A DNA stretch of 62,129 nucleotides, filler included, from Diploschistes diacapsis (GCA_023645945.1; 10 parts of 10 records of this genome joined end to end with filler, not necessarily neighbours in it), one strand, 5' to 3'; positions 32,738-46,719 are shown, numbered from the whole stretch's first letter. A program made the numbers and translations. The notes: generated by a model not told the origin, from the letters alone.

Positions 32738-32742
32738 CTTAA

Positions 32743-34335
32743 TAAGTTAATCGATAAGCAATGAAAGTTAAGAAAAAAAAATCATAACATATTTATTCCG
32801 TTAAAAGAAATCTTCTCGACGATCCGACGAGAAACGACGCCGCCGTTTTAACTCAAGAAGCTTATCTGAAAGATATTTATTTTATGATAATAATAATTAT
32901 CGCGCGATGCGCTGTAAACTCGCGAAAAAATTTGAACAGATGGTCATCGTAATAAAAAATAAGAACCGAGAAAAGAAATCCCGAGATATCCGCAACAAAT
33001 AAAAAGACAATAACAAACGCGCCGGTAACGTAAAGAGTTCAGATAATAAAAGTTCAAAGACCGATACTGAACCTAAACCTAAACCTGAATCTTAAATATA
33101 ACTAACCAGTTTATCTGTTTAAGTATTAAACTCCTATTCGAGGTCGACGAATTAAAGTCGGTGAAGAAATACTCTATTTAGATATTAAATCCTATCATCT
33201 AGAATCTTCGACAAATCACAGTATCTTAGAGATTCCTGCTTCCTATGATCGTCCCGAACCAGATGATGGTGGCCGACGATTAATAAAGTTAAAAAAGCAT
33301 TTTTAGATTTCAATACTCTACGTTTAGGATATATTATATTTTCTTTCCGTATTGTCGGAATAAAAGGTTATATAAAGTAGGATTTACGAAATAGTCGTTG
33401 ACGGGATTACGACGCTTAAGACAACGCTGCTATATTACGAAATGTAACGTTTCCACTAAGGACAATCGGTCTTAATCGAAAAGATATTTAAATGAATTAA
33501 CATGCTGAATGATTTCGTCTGTAGGGAATATTGAATAAACGGACGGAAGTTATGGCTGTAAGTTCGGCTTGTTCCGGGAGGTTCACTGGGAGAATCCGGG
33601 AAGTTCACATGAACTTACTGAGGTTCAGCAGTTCAGTTCAGTTCAACTGAACCTTATGGAATCCGGTGGAATCCTGACTAGACCGATCAGGTGTAATGTG
33701 GGTAGTAAGGCTTAGCGAGTCCCGTGGGGTATAAAAGTCTGCACAGTAGGATTACTTCCTAGGACAAGACCTCTAGACTTCAATATATCCATTACGTTGC
33801 CAAACACTTATTAATATTCTTATTAATCGGAGTTTTTATTTCTCGTAATTAAATCTACTGATTAAGGTTTTCCTTAATTCCGGTTCGGGAGTATTATACA
33901 ATACTTTTGTTTTATCCGTTATAGTCGCCATAACTACGTCCGGGCGGGATATATTAATATACGTATATCCGTTTAACTTAAAAATCCGTGTCTCAAAATT
34001 AATCGTTAAATTATGAATATTTAGTTAAGGATTTCCGAAGATGACGTCGTAGATAATTATATCTATTAAATCGAAAATAAGTTTTTTAAGATATTCTAAA
34101 ATCCTGACCATTAACGGTAACGTACGTTTAATAATTTATAAAACGTTACGTGTCGTCACGGTTTCGAATGTGTATTTCTATTTTAATTCGTAATTGTTAT
34201 TTTCAACCGTTGTGTATAAAAAGTTAAAATAACGTTTATAATAATATTTAGATCGATTAATACCCGCACGGCATGTCAATCTAATTTAATCTCGGAAATA
34301 ATTTAAATTCTTTATCGTTTTAGAACCGTTATGCC
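32743..34335. mobile_element. Unclassified RIP-degraded repeat DNA containing an LTR-like GC-richer island (~33557-33900)
   Basis: TpA-rich with no intact ORFs. The island starts TGTAAG, contains TATAAAA and ends TATACA, but has no clear TSD. Confidence 0.5.
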
Positions 34336-34684
34336 NNNNNNNNNNNNNNNNNNNNNNNNNNNNNNNNNNNNNNNNNNNNTTAATTAATTAANNNNNNNNN
34401 NNNNNNNNNNNNNNNNNNNNNNNNNNNNNNNNNNNATGCCACGTAATAGTTCAGTTCAGTTCAGCCAATCCAACCCTTGACTGATACTTTTCGGAGTTAA
34501 TTTCTTATCTACGGTTTTTTCTGCGCCCATAAACACACTAATATGCCAATATAGTCCTGCGCTTCGCTTAGGAATAAATCGAAAATTCTCTGCATGCTGC
34601 TTCTCGCATAGCCGAGTCTGCGCGTATCTACGTGCACAATCTACCATCGTGGTCCTCGTTCAAGTCGCTTTGGACAAGTTCAGT

Positions 34685-37600
34685 ATGGGTGATAGCTATC
34701 GGCCCTCATATCCTTCGCATGGTCCTTCGGGCTATCGAAACGGCTATGGCCAGGCTCCAGCACCAGTGCCGTATCCTCCGCTTCCACCAGAACCCCCGCC
34801 AGGTTATGCTCCACCAGCATACTATTTTGGACAACATGGATCCGGCAATGCGCAGCAGCAACAGTTCGCCTTTCAATCCAATTCTATAAATTCCCAGTAT
34901 CCCATGAATTCTGCACCGCCTCGAAATGATCAATTCAACCATGGTCACCCGTACCGTGGCGGAGATCGCTATCGTGATCGCAATCGGAATGATAGACCCA
35001 GGCCGCGTGAGCCGCGTCCTCGTATTCCGACTGCAGATCGGCCGTTGCTCAAGTTCCCGCGCGGTAACACGCCTGATCAATTACTTGGGATGGAGGCAAA
35101 TGAAAACACTGCTCAGCGATTTCGAGACGTTCGGGACATGTCGGATAGCGAAGAAGAGAAGATGATTGAGTCTCAATCGGAAGATGGAACACCTGAACTG
35201 CCAGATACAGATGCCGCGCCGTTGCATGACTCTCAGGCTCTTATACAAGAAGAGCATTCAACTACGAAGTGGTCCAATCCAGAGCTCTATACTGCTTTAC
35301 CACCACTTCAAGATGGTTCTCGCAAAAAGAAGGATGTTGTGAAAATGATACGCAAAGCTCGCGTTACTGGTACCACGGAAGTCAATGCGCTTCAGCAGGT
35401 CGCTCATAATGACGACTTTATCTCTTTCGATCTTGGTGATGAACAAGAGGGCACAGAGCTCGACAATGGCGAATCGTCGCAAATTAATAGACCGCCACCC
35501 GGCGCTCCCAGCGGTCCACGCTCGTCCTTGCCAGCGCCTGTTTACCTTGCTGAGCAAGCACCATCAACATCAGAAACCAATGTAACAGAGGTTGTTTCAC
35601 AGGCCGCCGATGGCAGTGTCGCCGCGAAACTTGAAGAGTACAGAAAGAGGAAACGCTCACCAGAGGACACGGATGAAGTATCTGAGAACCTCGAAATCGA
35701 GCTACCTGCCGCAAAACGTCGAATGCTTGGACTCAAAGTCACAGGCCACGTTCTCGCTAAGTGGAACGCCGGAAATGGGACGAACCCTACGCCATGGGTA
35801 AGCGCAAGCCATCACCGTCTTACAGAGAAGGAAGGTTTTCGGTATGACCCCTGCATTTCAAGGTTACATTATGAATAACTGACATGTTCAGTTTGCACAA
35901 AGAGATCTGCGACTTCTACGACTTTGTGAAGCCGCAGGACTTCGAGGAAGCAATGCGCCAAGATCTTCTCGAACGGACTCGCGACGCGATCAGGCGGTAC
36001 GACCGGGAATGCGATGTTCAGTGTTTCGGGTCCTTTGCTGCTGGCCTTTACTTGCCGGACGCAGACATGGATGTTGTAGTCCTCTCCCAGACCTACTTAA
36101 ACACCGGCATCGCTATTGTTGGTCGGAGCTACAACCAGCTCAGCAAAATTGCCGGCTGGCTGGTGAAAGAGGGATTGGCGCACTACAACTCAATCGAGAT
36201 CATCGCAAAGGCTAAAGTACCTTTAGTCAAGTTTGTCGATAGACTTACAGGCATCCGTGTCGACATGTCCTTCGAGAATCTTACCGGCATCCAAGCAGTC
36301 AGCACATTTGCTACCTGGAGAGTCCAGTACCCTGCGATGCCGATCATTGCAACTCTTATTAAGCAATTCCTCTTGATGCGGGAACTGAACGAGGTCGTTA
36401 GCGGAGGAATAGGCGGACTGACGGTCACCTGCCTGGTTACGAGTCTCCTACAGAATATGCCGAGAGTGCAGACCGGAGCATTTGTACCCGAACAGAATCT
36501 GGGCGAGCTTCTTCTTGAGTTTCTCGACCTGTATGGAAACCAATTCGATGTTGGCAGAACAGCCATCCAACTGGATCCTCCCGCCCTAGTACACAAGGTA
36601 TTTGCAAAGCTCTATCTCCCTGATGGCCACAGCCTAACGATGACAGTCCGCCCTTGATCCGGTACGGTGGATGAATAAGTATGATCGACTGCACATTGTC
36701 GATCCCAACAATCCTGCTAATGATATATCTGGCGGCTCCAAAAACGTTGATTTGATTTTCCACAAGTTCGCTCAGGCGAGAGCAGAAATTCTGGTCGCTA
36801 TGCGGTCAACCACTGGCCTGAGCTACCTGGAATCCATGCTGGGTGGGAATTATCAGCGATACATTTCGTCTAGGGAGCGCTTGAGAAAGCTAAGCAGGAG
36901 GCTTCCAAGCCGCAGGTAAGGACGTATTTCTCGTTGTTCGCATTTTCCTCTGAGCAACGTTCCAGTGACCAGCCAAGCGAAGATGGCGTCCAAACCATGG
37001 AGATTCCATCCATGCTCTCCAAGGTTAACCTCCCTACTAAGGCCCCGCTTTCTGTCAAGATTAAGAAGCCGAAGGTCTCCAAGTCGGAGCTCGCAAGTCG
37101 CGATCGAGCTCTTTCTTTCTGCGATCAATACCCGGATGCCAAAAATGTTCCTGATAGGCTTAGCAAAGAACAGTTTCAGGCGCTTGCGAAGCACGAAAAG
37201 GAAACGGGTGGAAGGCACATAACAAAACCTGGAATTATATCAGGGCGGAAAAGGGCCATGCATATGAAAAATAAATTCCCTGAGCTGAAAATCCCGGATC
37301 AGATCTCTTCTTCAAAAGCACGAGAATTAGAAGGGCGAGGAATCTCGGTGCAACTCCGTGGAAGGTTTCCCCAGTTCGCAGACCTCATTCCATCGTCGCT
37401 CAAGAGAGAAACAATGGATCAAATGTCGAAAGCGTTTACGCTCCACCTGGAACATCCAGAGCTTGATCTCCCAAAGGTATTCACAAAAAGATCCGTTGGA
37501 GGCATGAGGGGCAAAGCTACCAGCAAGGTTAAGGGGGCAAGGAAGATTGAGAAAGGGCAAGAAAGGCAGGCCGCCCCGGCCAAGAAGAAGAGACGCGCTT

Positions 37601-37707
37601 TTATACAGGCTGTTGATGGGATTCGCGCTGATCTGTCGACGGGTAACATTGGCCGTGCATCTGCACCCCATGGACGTTCGGCTGACGACCCCGTAGTTCT
37701 CGACTAG
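34685..37707 (+). CDS. TRF4: Trf4/Cid14-like non-canonical poly(A) polymerase (TRAMP), 4 exons
   Basis: LHKEICDFYDFVKP, CFGSFAAGLYLPDADMDVV (GS..DxD), AKVPLVKFVD, LNEVVSGGIGG, IVDPNNPANDISGGS. The last exon 36966-37707 is inferred via intron 36916-36965. Confidence 0.9.
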
Positions 37708-39716
37708 GTTCTCCAAACTGTACGGGACGCGCAATCTACAATTCCAATTTTGAGCTTCTTGTGGGGATTACACAATAGGTGTGAAAATTCATCACGCTGG
37801 AAACAGGTGCCTTCGGATGGGATTTGCTACGAATGATACCCCTAGAATCATCAAAGGGCGGCATGCTGTTGTTTACTCGCTCCCACTACTTGGTGGGGCC
37901 AGCGAGACTTGACCCGATGTACACGAAGACCAAGGTTTACTGCCGCGCACGCTCGACCACGTGCTCCATGAAGCTGAGGAAGGCGAGATATGGTGTTATG
38001 AGCATGCTGATCTGTCACTATAATTTACTCTCCTTGCTCTCTTTCCCTTAGCGGTTGATTTACCCGACGAAGTGATGCCTACTGCTTGCTTGAAACCCTT
38101 CAGACCCTAGCATTAATATCATATGGACTGACTTTGTTGCAGTGACCTGAGCTAGCAGCGCGAGGCACGGTTTTTACGCCTTGGACACTATCACAAAGCC
38201 TCTTTCCACAGAATAGTATGCCGAGAGCATCGTGTGAATTCTAACCCGAGCAACGTCCTTTCCGTTGGAACGCGCAGGCACTTCCTGTTGCGTCGCCACT
38301 GCTAGCCTTGAGTGGGGGNNNNNNNNNNNNNNNNNNNNNNNNNNNNNNNNNNNNNNNNNNNNTTAATTAATTAANNNNNNNNNNNNNNNNNNNNNNNNNN
38401 NNNNNNNNNNNNNNNNNNGCGCTTCCATATTTGTACGAAGCTAAATCTGTTCTCAACTACACTACCCCGTTCTTCGGCCTTTAAGAAATACATTTTACGA
38501 AGGTGCAGGGATTGTGACCCGCTTCGTGGTGTGACCCGTTTCCTGGTGAAACACGTTAGCCGCTGTCGATGCTTACATAAACTCAATTGAATCCGGAAAT
38601 AGGAAATAGTACTCCCTACCATGACGAACAGCAATAGCAATTGAACTGGACTATCCTGCTTTAAGGATAAATGTCGACTGCAATTACTACTACATGGTGT
38701 CTCAACTACAAGCTAGAAACGACAAAGGTAGAGAGGTAAGTAAGCAGTGAGGTCTGAGTTATGCCGATGCCTAGCGCCAGGTCAAGACCCTTGGACTCTG
38801 TGACATTCACTTCTTCCTTTTTCTGACCTATACTAGTACTCAAAACCCGCAAGACCATGCTTATTGCTGGATGGAAGAGCCTTTCGAGACCTCTCACCCA
38901 ATATTCGGTGCTAACGCCCTGGATTAAGCCGACAACAGGCCTAGCACCATTTTAATATTGGAAAACACACGATATCAGAAGACCAAGGCTGAGTATAGGA
39001 GGCTTCTTATTACAAATCACGTTCTTGGCAGTCCAATTCCTTCAATTATCTGGCTAGTTTAATTATGTTGCGTTGCATTGGTCTATATTCATGCTGTATC
39101 ATCTATATCTAGCCGCTTCCATGAATACCGCCCTGTATCGAGATCATAACAGCTCGTCTTCCACTCCCACCGCTCTCTAACGTCCTAGCCCAACGGTTAC
39201 GCTTGCGGCATCCTCCGCAGTCATATGCATACCATGGTTACCATCAGCCTCGTGCTTGTTCGCTGCTTGTTCGCTGCTTATTTCATGCTTAGATCAGGTC
39301 TTAGTGGAGCCAGTCATCAGCAAGAGTATACACAAGCGGAGGGCCATATGGAGCGTTAGGCCTTATAACAGACACTATTGAGGCCTCCATTCTGTAAGTT
39401 CTGGCTGTCTACGCCTGCTCATCAAGTGGGTCACTCTTCTATAATTAGTAGCGAGCTTTCATTATGCACGGAATCAAGTGCTTTCTTCATCTTATCTTCT
39501 TGCTTGCGTATTGAAAAGGTTGCATATCTTCCTGCCTCATTGAGAACCTGAAGGAAAAGTCAAGTCCTTATCTACCTCAGCCGCAATGGCAGTTTCGCCA
39601 CTTTCCTCAACCGCTTATATAAAGAATGCTTCACCAACGGTCAAAGCCAAGATATCCATCCCAGCACTATAGCACACAGCTCAGGAGCATATCAAAACGT
39701 TACCGCCCGGACACTT

Positions 39717-40641
39717 ATGGATTCAAAGCTCAGAGAGCGATTCAATCGTGTTGAAGTTCTTTTATCCAGGAATGGTCCTGTCTTCCAAAAGGATACTCGA
39801 GATTGGCAAGAGACAGTCAAAAAAGCAAAGACTCTTATCAACCACCTTGAATCTGTCCCACAAGCTAGAAGCTCGCTGGGAATCCCTCGCTGGATAAACT
39901 TTGTAGGGTTGCTTCAGAGACTAGCCTATGTTGATCCTGACGATGGAGCTGAAGTACGGATTGCGAGTTGGTGCGAAGAACAGTGGGCAGAGGTGCTTCA
40001 AAGCCACCCTCAGAATGTCCCAGCATTACAAGGTAAATTCGAACCCTGGACATACACTATTCGGATCTAACGTTCGAGCCATAGGCCTTGGCCATGTTTG
40101 GCTTCTCAAGTGCCAGCGTGTTCTGGCCCAAATTTACAGGGATGATATTGGATTACCAGGACAGGGAAGTCCCGGGTTAGGGCGTTCTCGCGCCGTGCGC
40201 CCCTTGACACATACCATCGGCTGTATCACGGAAGAAGATATACAGAAAATCAACTCGCCTAGCTGTGGTGAGGCCAGGTCCCTTCTTCGTCCGTCCTTAG
40301 AGTCACTCGACCGTGCCATTGAAGCAGCAGACCTGCAGGGTGCAATGACGGGGCAGCTCTTTGAACTAGTAAGTGCACCTGTTTCATGCCTGGGTAGGAG
40401 ATACTAATGAACTCCAAAGGCTGCGGAGGCCTACTTGAGCTTTGGCAATGTTTCGCACCCACGCAACAACGAGATCTGTTATCAAAAATCACTCAACTTT
40501 CTTCAGAGAGCATCTCAAATCGAAGGCTACATCATGGATCCCTACCTCAGCTCGTAGGTGGTTTTTTGGTTCTGCGCTCAATCCAAGTCTAATTGCTGCA
40601 GGTACCTACAGCAGAACATACAATTCATCAGTGTGGACTGA
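39717..40641 (+). CDS. Fungal hypothetical helical (TPR-like) protein, 4 exons
   Basis: ORF segments joined in frame by GT-AG introns with CTAA(C/T) branch sites: ...LQRLAYVDPD...HPQNVPALQG/LGHVWL...GQLFEL/AAEAYLSFGNVSHPRNNE.../YLQQNIQFISVD*. Confidence 0.7.
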
Positions 40642-42248
40642 TTTGGCAACGATCATGCGGGCGGCGCAGATGTGTACAAAAAAGGTTGTTGCTTTTCTTG
40701 CATCTAGTTTCTTGCAACGTCAACCAACCTTGGTTGATAATTTCTCTAATAGAGCGCACGCTGGCTCTGACTTGGCCACCGAGAGCCGTAAAACACTCTC
40801 ACATTCGAGCACATCAATATATATATATATATAAATACTATATCAGCAACATGCAATCAATGTCCACCTCTCCACACCCTTCCCAGCATGCCGGATCCCC
40901 CTACACACCCTCTTGCAACACATAATCACCGTTCGCCACCCTTTCCACAGCCCTGGGACCAGACCATCCAAGTGTAATGCACCCCCGTTTAGACCCCCAT
41001 AAGGCTCACACCGAAAGCAATCGCTTCCTGCCGCCGCTTCCGCTAGCCTCTCTCACGCGAACAATGTTCAAAAATCAAGCCCAAGTCCGATCTATTCTTG
41101 CATTCTCGTTCTCGCACTTCAACATACCCTGCAGTAGCTTCGCTTCCTGGCCCTAAACCTCGGAGCTCTCCTCTCCTGAACGGTGGTCAGTTCTGCTCCG
41201 AGTTATTCTACTCATAGTTTTCTATCCTTTGGCCTCCGTTCTAGATTCGTGATTGACTCGTGCGGGCTTTTCTTCTGAACAACTTCACCCAGTGTGTATG
41301 TGCGGCCATTGACTCAGACAGCCGTGGCAACCTAGAAGGTAGCCAGCTACATTGTACCCAACAGCCCTGCCTACTTTGTGCCCTTCAATCGCTCCCATCG
41401 TACGGTAGACGGGACCTCGAAGCGTAGATAGCACACAGAGCCGGGATGTACTACCAGCTGGTGGTACCTAGCGCGAACTCGATTTCCCAATCGAAGGCAA
41501 ATGAGCTCGCCGATATCCAGAAAGATGTAGAATGCGGTGACGACGGGATCGGATTCAAAGATGGAAACCCGATGGACCCCGTTTAACTACCTACCAACTC
41601 AGGATGGGCTCGAAAGGCCGTCCGGGGACCATCTGGGCAATGAAGTAGTGAAAGAGAGATGGCAGGACTCGCACGCGAAATGAGGTCGTTAACGGTGGAT
41701 GAGATGAGAGACGAGAGGATCATGGCGAAAGGATCAAGGGGGATTCGAGGAAAGTGGGTTGAGCCATGAGAGGAGGGTCGGTGTGAGTGTGTTGTGTGAA
41801 TTGGACTGCTGCTGCTGGAATATTCAAGAGTATAGATGCGAGTGCGCGCCATGTTTCATTTGTGAGATGAGGCAGGGTCAGGCCAGGCCCAGACTGTTGT
41901 TGCCAGGTGGCGTGCTTCCTTGTGGCAATATCTGCTAAGAATTGATCATGTAAACGGTGAAGAGAGGGATTGGGGCGTTTGGGGGTAGGTCTCCGGAGTT
42001 GGTAAGCTGGGATAGACCAAGGGGAGTGTGGGTGGCGATGTCAGCTGCCTTGCGTCAACAGGCTCCCATAAGGAAACAAGTCTTGTAGCGTTTTGATAGC
42101 GCGCCACCGCTTCCTGTCCCCATGATTGGAATGCCAAACACATCCCACGCAATCCGACCCAACGCCATGCTCAGGTATATCAAAAAATCACAAAGCTACC
42201 TCCTCCAAAGCCCCCAAAACCAGTTCAACGCTCCCGCCTTATCCCCGT

Positions 42249-42284
42249 CCTTCTCCTTCTCCTTCTCCTTCTCCTTCTCCTTCT
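42249..42284. repeat. (CCTTCT)n microsatellite at contig end
   Basis: Read directly. Confidence 0.85.
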
Positions 42285-42641
42285 CCCTCCCCTTCCCNNN
42301 NNNNNNNNNNNNNNNNNNNNNNNNNNNNNNNNNNNNNNNNNTTAATTAATTAANNNNNNNNNNNNNNNNNNNNNNNNNNNNNNNNNNNNNNNNNNNNGGG
42401 TATGGGGTATGGGGGGGAGATAGATGGGTTCTTGTAGATAGTTTGTATATGGCCTGGTGTTAAGAGGTTGGGAGTGCTCTTGGTGGCATTGGGAATGGAT
42501 GGATGGATAGACGATTCCGATTCCGGTCCGATAGACGACCGCTACCGAGACATGGTTTCATCTATCTTATAGCTATTATTGGGCTATAGGTAAGCATAAG
42601 CATATACAAAGCACTTCCACTAAAGCAAACCTCATCCCCCC

Positions 42642-45348
42642 TCACCTCTTCCTGAATCTAAACTTCGGAACCTCTTCCTCGCTACTCCCCTCCTCGTCCT
42701 CCTCCGCCATGAGGTTCAGCTTCCTCTGCCTCTTCGCCGTACTCGCCGCCGCGCTCTTCGAAGCCGGCCTTTTCCTCGACGCCACCCCCTGCGACCTGGC
42801 ACTAGCACCCGCCTGCGACTGTCTCCCCCTATCCGACTGCCTTGTCGCTCTGGGCGCGACCACGTCAATGACCTCCGGCTCTCCCCCTCCAATCACCAAC
42901 TCCCGCGGCACCGCCTCCTCCTGATGGCTCGGCGCATCGGCATAGCTCTGGCTGGGCGTCGTCTCCTCCCTCTCCCTCTCCTTCTCATGGACACGGTGGT
43001 GGGCCTGTGCCTTCTTCTTCCGCTGCTCCCGCGCGCGCTCCTTCTCGGCCCAGAAATCGTCCTGGACGCCGAAATCCGTGTTCTTGACCTCTTCGAGCGG
43101 GACGATGACGGCCTGCATCCCGCGCCGCGGTCCGTCCTTCTGGCCCTTGCGCCGGAACTTCTTGAAGTTCCTGCGCCCATTCCAGCGCGGGTCCCAGCGC
43201 GAGCTTTGCGCGCCGTTGCGCTGGGATGCCGTGGGTTTCGTGCGCTCGGGGACGTCCATATTCTCGACGATGGCCAGGCTCTGCATGTCGTCTACCGTCA
43301 TGTTCTCGAGATATTTGTGCATGGGCTCCTCGTCTTCCTCGGCCTCGCGCTCTGCTTGGCGCTTCTTACGGAGCGCCTCCTCGACATCGAGCTCTTTTTT
43401 CTTGATCTTTCTTGGCGCTTGCTCCTTGGTCTTGGTAGTCGTAGTACTAGACTTGGGTTGACCGCGGGCTTGGACATCGGTTGCTTCAAGTAGTTTCTGA
43501 CGTTTGACTGCCGCTTGGGCAGGAAAGAGATCGTCTTCGTTGTCCTCCTCGCGTGGCGGGCTCGACCGTTTCCGCGACCGTTTGTACTGCTGACCATCTT
43601 CGACCGGAGTCCCACTGCGCGCATCAACGTCCATCTCTCCATCCTGGTGGGCGGCTCTTCCTTGCGAGAGACTATTGTCCGGGCGTGTCTGGTAGCTATC
43701 CTCGAATGATTCCACAACGTCCAAGGGCTCAGATTTGGCAGGAACGTCATCAAGAAAGCCCGTGAACGCCCTAGTTGCAGTGCCACGTAATCGGTTTCTT
43801 CTTGCTGGACGATCCGTGGCTTCAGACGTCTGTTCGTTCTGGTATCGGTTTGCACCGTTCCCATTATTCTGGGCCTGGCTCGGAGCATACCCGCTATACG
43901 GTTGCTGCATGGATCTCATCTGCGTTGATCCGCGTTGGGTAGAAGCGTGACTAGGAGACTCATTCTGGGTTGGGGCCGATTGTGCTTGCGATTGTGTTCG
44001 TCGCGAGACGGAGTTCGTCGAGGGCAACTCGCTCGTTCCCGGGGGCGAGTCTTGTAAGGCTATGCGCCGCAGTAGCCTGCTTGCGTCCTTTAGTAAGATA
44101 GCGTCTAAAAACTCGTTTTGTTCAATTATTTGCTGGCCCGTTAGGATCATGCTCTGTTGCTGTACGTGGGTAGCCCATTCTTCATAGCCCCTTTCACCAG
44201 GAAAGCGGACCTGGATGGCCCCTTTTCGCCGATCCTCCGCAGCATCTTTGACGTGTTGTGCGAGCTCGGATGCCGTCGTTCTGCCCATATTAACAGGAAA
44301 AATCTGGGCTTTACCTGCACCTTCAGTGATTGGTGCTTGCAAGGTTTCAAACTGCTTCTTGTCGAAAAACACGAAGCTGTAGCCTTCAAAGACATTTGCT
44401 CGACCTGCATCAGGGGCGAATAGCTCGGATGGTCGCTGGTTGGGCTCCTTTCCAGGACCGGGAAGAAAGTCCAATGCATTCGGCCAGTTGCTCTCAAAGT
44501 CTGCTTCCAATGGTGAGAGACTCTCTGGCTCGTTTAAGTTTTCCGGAGCCGTCGCATATTCCAGTGCGTCGAGAAATCCATGGTCTACTAGATAGGTCGC
44601 ATGAATCAAGGCTTGTAAAGACTTTGCTGTATTGCGCTTGCCAGCGACAACGTGGGTTGTTGTGCCGGGCAAATATAGCGTGATCGTCTTGACGTCTAGG
44701 TCTTCTAGTCGGTTGCGAATCGGTATTAAGGGGTCTTTGCCCCCTTTGGTGTCCTTGGAAGAGAATGTGAAAGTCAATACAACGGGGTGCCATCGGATGC
44801 TTGAGACACATTAGCAACAGACTAATCCATTTCTGAGTGGTCCATACTGAAAAGCATGCTCGTAGCTGCCAAGACGAAAGGTGTGCTTGTCGTTCCTAAG
44901 CAATTTCTGATCTGTCGGTATCCTCTCCCCGTCCACCTCGGTGCCATGTTTACTCTTCTCATCTGTAAGAGTTATCTCGGACCGGCTCCGTAATGAGCAC
45001 TTTATAAAATTCAGCAAGAGCCTTCGCTGTATCCGAGAGAATCATACGCCATCCCCTGGCTTCACTGCAGATACAGCCAAGGTCAAATGCTTGCGTGAAA
45101 TGGAACTATGATCGACCTTGATTCCTGTTTGGGTTAGTTGTCTGCTCGAATTGCAGTTGTTAAAATATTTGTTGTGTGCTAACCTTGCTGCTTTCTGTCG
45201 GCTTGACTTCCAGTTCGCCCAAAGAGGTAGCGCTTGCCCGGGCGAAGCCATATCCGTTTACCTTTTTGACGCTTAGAATGGCTGGTGCTAGATTTTGCAC
45301 CTTTGACTAACCTCGTAGTATGTCACCGTCACATTCTAGAATCCACAT
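42642..45348 (-). CDS. NBS1: Nibrin/Nbs1 (MRN complex), 5 exons
   Basis: N-terminal FHA domain (MWILECDGDILR/GKRIWLRPGKRYLFGRT...SISRKHL...SKHGTEVDG), BRCT region (TTHVVAGKRNTAKSLQALI), Mre11-binding-type motif WNGRRNFKKFRR, C-terminal KFRFRKR. Confidence 0.92.
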
Positions 45349-45721
45349 CTTGAACCAAGTGAGTAAGGAAGATAGATGCTTCAGCGCCTCTATGCTGCGA
45401 CTCAGGATGGAAGACGCGTTAGGCGGCAAACAGGGCGATTCGGGAGCACCACCTGCTCCCCACCCCGGTCACATATAGTGTGTCTGCCAAGCTGTTTAGC
45501 TCATATCTAGTTCCCATAGTAATTAGTATGCATTATATATACGAGCCACACTGCGCGTGCCATCTCCGATGCATTCATGTAGATCATAAAAAGTTGATTT
45601 TAAAGCAAACGCGGATTAAATCCGCCTAAATAACTATATGAGAGGCCAAATCTCTATGTAGAAATGCCGTAAAAAATTAAAACTGATTAGATTAGGGCTT
45701 TAAAGCCCTCTGCGCCCTAAT

Positions 45722-46272
45722 ATGGCCCTCAATAAGCAGTCACCACACCCCCTATCCAGTCCCTATATCCCCCTCGCCGCCTCCTCCTCCTCTTTCAAAG
45801 GCCCTCTACCCTCGTCGTCGCTTTGGGGGGGATCCACGCCGCCACGGCAAGCCTCCTTACCCTCCAAAGCGCCGCCCAGCACCGCCCTTCCTCCATCCCC
45901 CGCCCCCGCCTTCGACTGGTTAGCCCCTGAGCTCCTCGAGAAGGTGGAGACTCACCTTGCCACCATCCCGGAAGCTCACCTCACCACCCCCATCGACGGC
46001 GAGATCTTCTCCACCTCCCCAAGACCCGCGAGCGCGTGAAGGACTAGGCCTTCGCCAACGGGTACTGCGCCATCGTGAAGCGCAAGTCCCAACGACTCGT
46101 CTGCAAGCATCACGGCAAGCAGACGCTCAACACACGCAAGCTGAGCGAGTCCCAAAGGACACGCAAAGCCACGCATGTCCACCAGAAGGACTGTCCCTTC
46201 GGTATCCGCGTGTGCAAGGGGGGCGGCGAGTATATACTCGCTGTCCATACCCTGCAGCACTCCCTCCCCCCC
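45722..46272 (+). mobile_element. Mutator/MULE-like transposase 5' fragment, pseudogenised
   Basis: After a frameshift near 46025 it reads ERVKD*AFANGYCAIV...LVCKHHGKQTLNTRKL...KDCPFGIRV...LQH, a FAR1/WRKY-GCM1-like DNA-binding pattern. TAG at 46045 sits where Trp is expected. Confidence 0.65.
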
Positions 46273-46719
46273 NNNNNNNNNNNNNNNNNNNNNNNNNNNN
46301 NNNNNNNNNNNNNNNNTTAATTAATTAANNNNNNNNNNNNNNNNNNNNNNNNNNNNNNNNNNNNNNNNNNNNGGGGAAGGGGAAGGGAGAGCGGGGTGTA
46401 GCTATCGGGGATGTGGGAGTTGTCCTTTGGTGGCGTGGGTCAAGAGATGGGGTGGATGAGTTAATGGATTTCGAGATATAGACTGCATGCCCCCCGTATG
46501 TGAGAAGCGTGTGAGGGTACCGCATAGCGGAGGGAATGATCAAAGCATGAGAGTTCTCGGTTTTGTTCTATACAAGTTTTTTTTTGTTTGAATTTCTAGC
46601 CATAGTCGAGCCATATCAAGTCGTCATGACGCGACCCGTACGACAACAGCGCATGACAAAGCAAAGCCATTCATCGTTCTCCCTTCTACCTGCACTCACT
46701 GTAGTGTGGTGCTCTTCGG

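Noticed and set aside
40900..41852. Possible multi-exon minus-strand gene starting MARTRIYTLEY
   Set aside because: Could not assemble a convincing spliced frame or identify a domain.
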